A stretch of DNA of 64,000 nucleotides, taken from positions 2,914,001-2,978,000 of the forward strand of contig JAYWIR010000005.1 of NCBI GenBank assembly GCA_036172245.1, given 5' to 3'. Each line of letters begins with the position of its first letter. The stretch's first letter is position 1. The translations under genes were made by a program, and so were the position numbers. Shown here in pieces: positions 13,101 to 25,100 of this stretch. The notes under the pieces were generated by a model that did not search any database, was not told where the DNA came from, and worked only from the letters and a program-made list of their open reading frames with translations. Origin of the DNA: Raillietiella orientalis. Lineage: Eukaryota.

Positions 13101-16100
13101 GCGGCTTATCACAAAGTCACGTGATCGCAATCGCCAGCGCCATTTTTTAACTTCGCGCCGTCAACGCCGGGACAGATTCCCCTCGGCATTCGCTGGCGCG
13201 CATCGTCGCTGACACGGAAGCAACTCACGGTTGAAATGCGAACGCGGCTACGAACCAGATTTCAGTGGTTTCCCGTCCAAGAACCAGAAAACTTTCATCG
13301 CAGGGTCCGAAACGGGAATGAGCCGGCACTCAAAATGAGCCCTTTGCCCTTCCCTTATGGAAATGTTCTTTATGGACGTTGTGAAGACGGGAGGCTGCTT
13401 TGTGTTGTCCTCGTAGAACTGCTGCTCCCGCAGCTGGCGCTGCTCGTGATCATGTCGCGACCTCTCCATTTCCTGTATCACTTCCAGGCTCGTCGTGTGC
13501 ACCGTTTCCGTGACAACTTGGGAGGACGAGCTGCAGAAGAGCTGGCAGTGTATCTCGTCGTATCCGACGTTGTTGATGGCTCGGCACGTGTACGTGCCGG
13601 CGTCCTTCTCCGTGATGTCCAGAATGTCCAGGGCGACGTACCCGAAGTCATGCAGCGGACGGAAGCGATGACCTGAGAAACCAAACTTCAAGAGTGTTCT
13701 GTTCCCCCCCCCCCCAAGCGATCCCCCAAAGCGGATATGCACTCGCCTATGCTGAGAGGTTTCGCATCCTTGAACCATTCGATCCTCAAATGGGGGTCGG
13801 AAAGCGGTTCCACCCTGCACTCGAAGTGGGCATGCTGCCCCTCTCGGAGATGCATCTGCTCCTTGAATTTCGTCACGAACCTCGGGCATATCTGTCGGAT
13901 ACAGAGGTGAGCGCGTTTCTCGGGAAACTATCGCTTTGCGTCTCGCCGCCCACCTGCACTTCTTCTTCCGCCCAGTCGTGCTTTTCCGTCTTCACGAACC
14001 GCTCGGCAGTGTAAACGTCCCTCAGGTTCTCTTGAAGAGCTGGAGGCACGCGGTATAAAGACAAGGTGAAAGGAGTGTCCTTACGCGACACTTTCAGCGA
14101 GCAGGAAGTGACTGCCTTGCCGAAGTCGTTCTGGGCGCAACACGTGTAGATGCCAGATTCCTCCGCGTACACGCTGAGGATGTCCAACGCCACGTAGTCG
14201 AACTCGTGCGACGGGCGGAATCGATGACCTGCGGAGAGAGGGAAGAGAGGGTAGGGCCACATCGCGCCGAGACTCGCCCCGGGAATCCCTGAGGCAAAGA
14301 AGTCCCAGACGACTTACCGATTTTAAGCGGATTTCCGTTGACGAACCATTCCACCTTCATTGATAGATCTTTTATGGGGACCAGGCGACACTCCAGGTGC
14401 ACGTTCATCCCTTCGAATATCTCGATGTTGTTCAGGGAACGCACGAACGTAGGGGCCTGCCCTACGAAGCCCTCATACTGAGACGCGTCCGCCTCTCTGC
14501 TTTCTTCTGCACGAAAAGCCCAGCCTTCTTCCTGCTCTGTTTCCATCTCCAGGTCCTCGCTTCGGATGATCTGCGATTTTCCCAGATGCAGGTGCAGGAG
14601 GGAGAAAAAATCGTTCCGTACCTTCAGCATCGTGGAGGTGTGAGACGATCCGGAGTTGTTTATCGCCCTGACCGTGTACTCTCCCTCGTCATGTGGCGCC
14701 ACGCCGTTGATGTCCAGGGCAATGTAACCGAAGTCGTGATACGTCTTGAACCGGGAACCTGGAACACGGGGTGACAGGCTCTTTCGGCGGAAACCGTCCC
14801 TCGAGCGAAACGCCCTGGACGTCACGGTGCAACCAAAGAGTGGGTCCCTCATCGAGGAACGAGTTGCGTCCGCTAATTACCGATGGTCAGAGGTTTGCCG
14901 TCATGGAACCACTCCACTTTCATTGAAGAGTCGTTTATGGGTTCCAGGCGGCACTCGAGATGGACATTCGTGCCATCTCTGACAGGCGGCAGCATGCTCA
15001 ACGTCCTAACAAACGTGGGCTTGCCGAAGCGCACCTCGTCCACCTCATAGCGGGTCTCCCGAAACTTCCGCCTTTCCAATTCTTCCGTTTTGATGAAAGA
15101 GGTTTCGTGCAGCGACCTCGTTTCTATGGAAGTCCGTCCTAAAGTTGAAAAAGGTGTGAAAGAGGTAAGAAGGCAAGCAGTGGTTCTCTTAGCGATCTCC
15201 TTACTTTGCACTTCCATCACGATCTCGCTTCTTTCTTCTCCGGCTTCGTTTCTCGCCACGACGGTGTACGTTCCGGAATCATCGGGGCGGACACACGAGA
15301 TGTCGAGGGCGACGTAGCCGAAATCAAAGTAGGTCTTCACTCTGGTTGCTTTCCTTATTGGCTGTCCGTTGAAGTACCATTCGACCTGAGGGCGGCGGAG
15401 GTACGGCTCCAGTCTCCAAGATGCAAATTCACGAGACTCTTACCGTCATGGTTGAGTCACAAGACGGCTCCACTCGCGTTTCGAAGTGGGCGTTCTGTCC
15501 TTCGACGATCCTATCCGTTCCCTTTATGGGATTCAAGAATTTGGGCTTGGAGATGATCTTCGCCTCTTCCTCCACGGTGCGGTGGTAGTAGCTGCAAAGC
15601 AGGGAAATCCCTAGTCAAAACCGCACGGAGCGCCAGCCAAGTGGAGGAGCGATTTTCAGAAGGAGGGAAGTTTGAAACTGCCAGAGGAGACGGATAAGAG
15701 TACCTGTAATCTTCCAGCTGCTGAATCTTTTCGTAGCCTCCAGGAAACTTCCCCTCACTGTCAATGTCATCCTTGGACGCGCAGGTCAGCGAGGCAGTAG
15801 TCAACGCTTCGCCTCGCTCGTTGACGGCTCTGCACGTGTATTCTCCTTCGTCGTGAGTGGTGACGCACGTAATGGTCAACGCAACGTATCCAAAATTGAA
15901 GAACGAAGATATTCTTGAGCCTGCGTAGGCGGCAGTACAGACAGCAAAGCATTTGGTTGTCGGATACTCACTTGCTTCGAGGGGTCTTCCATTTTTAAAC
16001 CAATCAATCTTCATCGAAGGGTCACCTAGAGGTTCCAGACGTGCTTCGAAGTGGGCTATGCCACCTTCGGGAACATCCAAATTGTGCTGAATGTTGGATA

Positions 16101-19100
16101 TGAAAGTTGGGGGAGGGAGTAACTCCTCTGTCTCCTGGGAGATGACGTGCTCTTCCTTAACGTGGTAGGGCACTTTGGCTTTGGCAAAGGGACGTCTCTG
16201 CTCGATTATTTCTACATCGGTGATGCCGCTGTCTTTACTAATTATGTGAAGGTTAGATGATGACGTGGCCTCTCCAATTCTATTTGTCGCAACAATGGTG
16301 TACACGCCTTCATCTTCGGACCGCAGATTCGATATGTTCAAAGAGGCGTAACCAAAGTTGAAGATGGTTTTTATTCGAGAACCTACAAGGTCAAGAACCC
16401 AGTTAGCATGTGCAACATCCGCTTCTTGTTAGAAAAATTTTCACTGCAATTTTGAGAGGGAACTTGAAAACACCATGATTTCATGAAATGTTGCGGATCT
16501 TTCGTTATTAAGGCATATTTTGGCAGTGTGGATGGACACTTACTGGCAATGATGGGCTTATTGTTACGTAGCCATTCTATCCTCATTGATGAATCGTTCA
16601 CGGGCTCCACGTGAGCTTCAAAGTGTGCATGGCCACCTTCTTTTATGAATCCCAGGTCTTTGAGTGGTTTCGTGAAAACCGGCTTCTTGTAATAAAATTC
16701 TTCAACTTGGGCTGTTCTTTCGTATCTTCCGTAGTCTTCAGTGTCCACGTAAGGTTGAGTAGGTGCGCCACGTGAAGTTCGCGTGTCAGCACGTTTGGCT
16801 AAGATAAGAATCAGAGAATAGGATCACACAATGGGAGAGAACGAGAGAAGCGTGCAGCTCCTGCCGTGCGTGTGACACATGCATCTATTGGGATCGCAGC
16901 AGCGGTCCAAAGCTAAAGAATCGAAAAAAAAAAAAAAAACCCTTTAGAAGACCACTGTGCGCAGTGAAGATCAAATAACGATGAGGAAAGAAAGGAAACA
17001 TTTCCGTGTCACACTCTGTCTTAGGAGGGAGCAAGAACCCCAGCGAAGAACAAAGAAGTGAACAAAGCGAGTTGACACGAGGGATTCTGCTCCAGGCTCA
17101 CTGTATCACTCATTAACTCTTACACAAGCACTTGAGAGTAGCTGAGGTTTCAGCAACACCATATAGGTTGCTGGCTTTGCAAGAGTAGACCCCCGAGTCT
17201 CTGCTCGTCACCTGCAGGATGGTCAGGCTCACGAAGCCAAATTTGTGAGTCGTGGTGATTCTTGAATCTGCAAAGCAGCCATCTGTCGAAAGGGGCAAAA
17301 GTGAATCGGTTTTTCTAACCAGGTTTGAGTCTTTCGCCATCCAACAGCCACTCGACCTCTAGACGAGGATCGTTTATGGGGGTCAGTTTGGCTTCGAAGT
17401 ATGCTCTTTCTCCTTCCTGAAGAGGAAAAGGTCACCATAAGTCGATCGTACCTCATTCGCGGCACCAATCAAATCGCGAAGACCGGTTTGTGAAAATGGT
17501 CATTACCTGCACTGTCTCGTGATTAAGAGGTTGGATGAAGACCGGAGGAACAGCGTTCAAGAAGTAGTCCTCGTCTTCCTTTCTGCTCGGGAACTTGGTC
17601 GACCTCTCAATGTGCCTCAGAAATATCACTTCGGATTCTGCTTCGGGTCTGAAAAAGTTCGATTCCGTCAGCGCCTGCGCTAACTGCAGCGGATGAAATC
17701 CTACTCGGGCTCTATCACTCTCGTTGGTCGGGGCAGAGTCAGTTTCCAAGGTTCCGACTCTGCCACGCGAGGCACCAGCACGTTTACTTTTGCCCTTGTA
17801 GCAGTGGACCCTGCACTGCTGTAAGCGGTGCACTGATACCACGCTGCATCAGAGCTGCGGGCATATGGAATGTCAAGAGTGGAAGATCCTCTGTCGGTGG
17901 TGATGGTGCAGTTGGAACCTGACTCGATGGGCACTCCATCCTAGAGACCGGGTCACGGAGGGAAGAGGGAGTCCGCTGCGTACCTTCTGCCATGAAAGAG
18001 ATGGCAAAGGAGATCCAATAGCGCGGCAGTGCAGGGTTATCGGCTCTCCTTCTCTGACCTGCAGAGCGGTGAACCTCTCGATGAATTTCGGGGAAACCAC
18101 ATTTTCCTTTTCTATCACTCGGAGATTGAACTGAAACAAGCAGGCTCGTGAAGGGGTTCCTGGTTTCCCTGGCCAGGAGTCCTCGCGACTTGGCCAGCTC
18201 GCACGAAAGATTTGCGCAGCAGGGCAAAGTGCAATTACCGAGCATTTTACTTCTCCTCCCTTGTTTCTTGCAACGCAAGTGTAAGTTCCAGCATCCGACA
18301 TTTGCGTGCAGCTTATCATAAGCGAATGACAGCCGCTTTCGTTCACCAGAATTTTGTGCGTGAAGTCATCCGAGACGATGACATCATCCAAGTACCAAGA
18401 CACATCGGGATATGGGCGCCCACCAACTTTGCAGTCGAAACGCACCAGTTTTCCCTCTGTCACCTTGGGGAGAAAAGCATCGTTTTTCGAGGAAAAGGAG
18501 GAGGTTCCAGGGCACTCCTGGTGGGATGAGGCGCTCACCTCCTTGTCTGAAGGAACCAAGAGGAACGAGGGCGCCAAGCGTTTGGACTGCTCCTTGGTCT
18601 CACCGGGAGCGAACTTCTCTTCGTAAAACTGCAGCTCCCTGCAACGGCGAGCGCGAAGAGCTTGAAACGGCACCGACTGTTTCCACTTACTTCTCCATGT
18701 CTCTTCCTGCTTCGGGCACGACATGGAGCTGCTCATAGCCATTCTGCTGATAAGGTTGAACGTCGGGAGTAAATACTTCTTGCCGCTGCTTCCTTTCTAC
18801 TTCTAAGTGTGCAGAAGAAACTACCCTGCCTAAAATAAACATGATTTCGTTACCAAACATGGAATGGTCTTTTTGCTTTCTCAAAGCAAAGAATCTAAGT
18901 GTCTGGAATCCAAGTGTAAGGATGGATTCTTGAACGTGAGCATGATTGGCTTTTGAATACAGAATGGACCGAACGTCCGAACACACGAATCGGTTGGCTG
19001 AGCATGGTGCACAAATTGGTTTGCACCACTTGCAAGTGAACCTTCAAACCGAAAGTCCTTATTCATTCCAGCATTATAGTCTGAGAAGCTTCTTGTAGTG

Positions 19101-22100
19101 ATCTAAAGGACAAATGAAATCCCATGAAGTCAACACCGATTCCAAAAGCCTATGATACTGCTTTGTGCCTCGTATTCAAAGTCACAGGGAGATCCGTCTT
19201 ATACGTGGGCATCGAAGGTGAGCAGGTGAGGATTATCTGAAGCTTTCCAGAGGCCCGCATAGTGGAACACCTTTCAGATGTCCTGCAGAGCAGTTATGAG
19301 GAACTCCGTTCGTCTAATTGAACTGATATGCGAATTTTAAGAGAAAAAAATCCTCTGTGCTTTTTTGATCGTCAGCTTTGGGAATCAAACCTCACTGCCT
19401 TTACAAAAGGTCTTTGAAGAATTTGTTTTCCGAAAGAACACCTCATTGATTTGAGGATTGAAAGAACGTTATGCATACATACATATATATATCAGCCATG
19501 GTACAATATTTGATGGGTGCTAGACCGCGTTGGAATGTTATGTGAAGGTTTTGCATTCCAAGAGAGAGTCTGAGATGGAAAATCGCAAAATGAAAGTTTT
19601 TCGTGCTAATGATGGTTAAAGCACTTTTGCAAAAAATCAAAAAGGAAAAGGGTGAATTTTCGTACTGTCTTACAATTTTTCCAGTAATTTTTGGGTTTTG
19701 CTAAATTCGAGATAGGGTTCATCGACCCATTTGTGGTACATTTATGTTTTTCAAGTAGTGTTTATGTAGTATACTCTACACTCAACATGTCGACAGACTA
19801 CTGAATGATTTCCGCACATGTAGTATATATGAACGACAGATAGAGTATACATATGTATGAATGTGTGTGCACGTGCGTTTGCGTATTCTCTTCAGCATGC
19901 TGGATCAGACCAAATTTGAACAATTTCCGAAAACATCTTCGCTTTCCAGATTATCCCAGCTTCCTCGCTATCTCTCACAAGTGGGGATCGGTATGCATTC
20001 TTGCAGGCATCCTTTTTGTTTGTTTTTTTTTCCTGTTTCACGTGTGAAATCATCCCGTTTTGTGCGGCTCTTGCGGGCTGCTGCTACCGAGTTTCCTCTG
20101 CAAGAAATGAGTACTGACTTCGGTAGCAACCGAGCGCTATTTAAAAGATGCCGGATCTTCGAACTGCGGAACACTTCCGTGTGACTCCGCCTTTGAGACA
20201 TTTCTCCAACTCACCTGACGAGTTCTCTGCCATTACAGTGTAGTAGCCTGCATCGTTTAGCTGGCAGCGTCTGATCGTCAAGGTTGCCAACTGGTTTGTG
20301 TAGGTCATCTTGTACGTCGACGAAGGCGTGAGCTTCGCCCCGTTCCTGAACCACGTGATCTGGAGATGGAGGAAGGGGCTTTCAGGAAGGAGAAAGCAAA
20401 AAAGAAAGAATTCCTCACTTTCGGTTTCGGGTTCCCGGAGACATTCGCTTGGAATGTGGCGTCCGAGTCTTCGATCTGTTTCGTATTTCGAGGTTTCTGA
20501 AGTATCCGCGGAGGAAGGAAGTTTTCGTGGATGTAATCCGAGTCCATCTCGACTTCCGTTTCAGTTTCCATGACAGGCGCCTTCGTCACACTTTCCCTGA
20601 ATTCCATCTCTCTCAGCAGCCGGTACTCGAATGTGTCCACTTTGAATATCTGGGGTGGGAAGTCGAAAAAAGTCGGAAATTCAGGCGGAAATTCGAACTC
20701 ACGTCATCGTACGACTTCGTGGCCGGATGACCATGGTCGTCCTCAGGATAAAGGGAGTGTTCGTGGATGTATTGTCCCGAGCTGTCGATTTCCATCATGG
20801 GTACTTGCTGATCATAAGCGTGGTCGTGCCGAACCCTCTCTGAAGGCACTGAAAGCAAACGGAATCTCAGTTTCCGGTGAGGGTGGTCCATTTTTCTCGG
20901 GACTGCCGACGTCCCGGTGCATCTTCTGTGCTCACCTTCCTGCTGAATGAAAACGGTGCACACTGCTTCCCCATATGGATTGACAGCTTTACAGGTATAC
21001 TCTCCAACATCTTCAGGACCGATGTCATATATTGTCAGTGAAATGTTGCCAGTTTCTTTGTCGTAGCTCATATGAAATTTGTCGGATTCTGGAAAAGAGG
21101 GGTGCACGAAATTGATGAACAGACACACCAAAGGGATGCGCAAAAGCAGCCTTTGAGCATCACCGTCATGCACGATGATGATGCCACTCCCGAATCCAGC
21201 GGCCCTACCTTGCGCGCCGCTAAAGCTGGTCGTTCAAAGTCGAGAAGAGAAGAAGAAACGAACGGTTCAGAACTTGCCGTGCCTTCCACTCGCTCGAACG
21301 TAGCATCTGACGCGTTTACGTGCAGGGAACTGCGGTCGTCCCCGGGGATTCCCGCCTTTCTCCAGCACTGCTAAGGTTTGTGCAAACCGTGTCAGCGGCC
21401 TCTTCGACTCAGCTGCGTTTGCGTTGCTGGGCTGCCCTCCCTCCCTCTCTCTCTCTCTCTCTCTGTGAAGCAACACTCGCTTTTTCCACGCTAACGATAT
21501 TCGTCGCAGCAAACGAACCAAGAATTCCAAAGAGCAAGTGCGACGCGGCGCAGAAAAGCCTTCGGAGCAGCACGTGTTTGCCTTCATCTGACTCTGGTCA
21601 CATGCCGTCAATACCGAAACGCACTTTCAGATGCATCGGAAGCTGCAAAGTCGGGACACGACTGGGATGCCGCCCCCCCCCCCTACGATAGAAAACTCAA
21701 CCGCGGAAAGCGCACATTGAGTGGTGGGGGGGTCCCTAGAGTGTACAATTAGCCGGGGAGCGCGTACGATGCTTGGCGAAAACCGATTACGTGGTTGACT
21801 CTGCGAAGTAAAAAAGAGTCCCGGACGTCACCGAATCCTTTGACCAAGACGAAGCACCCAGAAATCCGACGCAATCCGTGCGGGGCGCAGCCGCGATGGT
21901 GTGCATCCTGGAGTTCATGGAAGCACGCATTCGTTCCTTCCGGCGAGCCCGGGAGAGCCCATCCTCAAGCAAGCCGCCTCGCCCACGGATGTTCCCTGTT
22001 GGGGAGCGGGAAGTCGCCTGCGATCCGGAAGAACCTCTTCTGGGAGGAATTGCGGCCGAGGAAAGAAACGGGGACGAGATCTCCGCTGGTCGAATGCGTT

Positions 22101-25100
22101 TATGAGCTGGGAACGCCGGTTCGCTGGGTCTTCATTTCCATCTGTCGAGGTGACCTTCCGCGGTAAAGGCGGAGGAGGTTCTTCCCAGTTCCCGACGAGG
22201 CGTCCTCGCCGCCGTCCAGTTCGTCTTCGCGGTTCGCTTCTGAACGTTGCTGCCAGACCACAGAGAAGGAACGGCCTCTGGCCACTCTTCGCGCAGAGAG
22301 GCACACGCGGACTCTCTTTGAGTCCGCGAGCGAAGAGTCCCTAGTGAAATTTCCCGGAAGTCGCGGGTTTCGAGGGTTTCAAAGGAAGAAGGACGACTGA
22401 AGGTCCGAGCAGGATGCGCCTGCCGCAAGTGAAAGCGCGGTGATCTTAGGGGGATTTTTCGCCTGGAGTTTCCTCCTCACTTTTTTTTTTTTCTGGGCAG
22501 CTGCAAACACCACAAGTGGCGCACCGAAAAGGTGCGGTGCCGTGGTCCATTCATCAGGGCCATCTAATCTACGACAGAATCCGAAAAACCCTCAAGTGGA
22601 AAAAGGCTGATGGGCTCGTTTCTGGAATTTCGGGCACCGAGAATCCACGGAGCATGATCGATCTTCCGACGTCAGGGTGGTCACTTCGGATTTCACCCGA
22701 ATCGACACGGGGGGGGGGGGTGCGACCAATGAAGCTGCAGTCTCGAGAAACAGGCGATAGAGAAGTGCGGCCCACCATCGCAGAGTCCCTTGGGGAAAGT
22801 TCAGAGTGCCCCCGGTCGTAGTGCCTGAGACACGGAGCGCTGAGAGTCGACTGGGCATGGAGCGCGCAGGTGCGGGAGGAAGAGGGGAATCTGGGTTCTC
22901 CCACGCGAGCCAGGGAATCGGGCTGACCCAGCCTGAGTTCCGACCCGCAATAGGCGCGGGGAGGCGGCGGCGGTCGAACGACCCGCAGGTCAACCCGAGC
23001 GCGGCTGCCCGAAGCTGCTGGTGGGTCGACCGTGCTTTCGAAGGAGCGAGCCTTGGGTAGGGACGCGGCTGCGGAAGGCCAACGGGATGGAAAGGGTAGC
23101 GGACGGGAGGAGAGCGGCGGCACGAAGAAGGGCAGCGCCGTGCACGGAAAGGGAAAAGAAAAGATTCGCTTTTTCCCTTCCGCGCCACGGCAGGCGGGCC
23201 GTCGGGCGCTCCGACTGGAGCTCCGTGGAGCGACGGACTTTCGACACGCAACAACGGCGGGGCGCGACCGAAAGGCTTTTTGTTTCCATGGCAGGTTCTT
23301 TGCCCTACCACAGACGGGAAGTGTGCGCGGATGAAGTGCTTTGTCAGGGAAAGAGAGAAGAAGGAAATAATAAAAAAAAAAACGGCACGTCTGTCCCTGC
23401 GAACTGATCGGGAAGCTGGGAGCGGTGATTTCAGGTTCTCTCCGGCGCGCGTGCCAACTTTGTCCGGAATTCCGCGGGAAGCTGTGGCACTGGCTCTCCA
23501 GGTCGCAGGAGTTTTTTCCTCGCGCTTTCGGAGCAGTCTCTCGAGCCACTCCGGAGTGGGGGCGGGGGAGGGGAGGTAAAGCCGCTGCTGCTGCTGCACC
23601 CGGATGGGTTGCGAGGGCGGCATTTCCTCTTGGAACCCCGAATCGCGAGAGCTGGAGCTTCCTGGAGAGCATCGGGAAACGCAGAGGCGGAAGCTGGGTA
23701 GGACCGATTCGCCGGAAACCCAGAGAACCGCCAGAAAACCTACGCATCCCCGTTACGAAACGAGTGCAAGGGGAGCAAGACATCGCCTGCGTAACCACAG
23801 CAACACAGTCGCGGAAGAGCTTTCTGTCCCTCTCGGAGACGAGAGGAGCTCCTTGCACCGGGCGAGCAAAAAGGGGGGTTGGGCGGAACGGGAGGCGCGG
23901 CGGTCATCACCTTGCATCAGGAGTCCATCCTTCGTCCAGCTAACCGATGGTTGAGGTGTTCCTTTGATTTTGCCATCGAATATCGCGTTCCCTCCTTGTG
24001 CGAACCTGGCGTTGCGGAAAATCTTGTCAAAGATCGGAGGACTGCAGTTGCTGAGTCTGTGGAACCTGGAAGATGGGAAAGAGACAACTCAGAGGAGTCG
24101 GTGCACCGCACACCGACGTGGTGGCCGCGGGAATAGCGGTCTTTCCCGGTCGCGCCGCGAGATGGCACGCTCGAGCCCTCCCCGACGGGCGTGCGCCAAG
24201 GGGTCGCCTTGCCGGACGGGGAGGAAACCTCTCCCGCGGGAAGGGGCGCGTTCCAAAGTGCCCGACCGAGCAGGAAGCGCGCGTCGGGCGAGCGCGCGCG
24301 CGCGCGAGCACGCGCTGCTTGCCGCTGGTCGAGGGCATTCGCCGTGCGCTTCCCGGACCCGGCGGCGAAGCGCTCGGGCGCCGTCCGAACGGGAGTGCTC
24401 CTCCGCGGCGCGGAGCGCAGGTGAAGCGAATCGACGGCGACACCTCCCTTCGCGAGATGATGACGCTGCCGGAGAGGGCGGCGCGGGCATCGCGGGGGAC
24501 CCGCGAGAGGAACGCGCGTGCCGCCGCACCGCAGCGACGCACTCCGGGGAGAGCAGCAGCAGTCGAGGGCAGTCGACCGGCTCCTCGGCTTGCTCCCTCC
24601 CTTCCCCACCTCGAGGGGGAACCCCGGACGGGCGCCCCGCTCGGGAGGAGGCGAGGCGACACGGACGCTCCGCCGTCCATCACCGCGGAACTTCCGGGAG
24701 GGGGAGGAGGACAGCAGCGAGCGGAGGCGCTCCCGAAAAGGCAGATCCTTCCAATTAAAAGCGCACTTCCTCTTTCCAAGGTTGGAAGCGGCGCGGGAGA
24801 TTCAGGACAGGTGGATCGGAACCAACGACCTACATTTCGCTGCTGCTCGGAAACGCTCCTATTATTTCGCGGGGGAGAGAAGTTCCCATTTCTGCGTTTC
24901 TTTTTTCCACCCGTGCCGGGCAGGTTCCTGTCACCCCGTCGGCCCGTCATCCCCCCTCCCCGCTCCCCGCCGCGCGCGCCGTGCCCTGCGAAAGCAGTCG
25001 GCGCGGGCACGCTCGCAAGGAGTCGGCACGACGAGCCGCGCCACACCTGCGCTGCTCGCCGATCCCTGCGCGCAAAGATGGAGCAAGTCATACTCACGCG

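Noticed and set aside
288..18738. Plus-strand ORFs overlapping kettin exons
   Set aside because: Antisense shadows of coding exons, with no independent splice or homology support.
21209..21225. Possible micro-exon (ag..GCAAG|gtaggg) inside Ig1
   Set aside because: At 11 or 17 nt it would frameshift, and exons 23911 and 21088 already join into a complete Ig domain.
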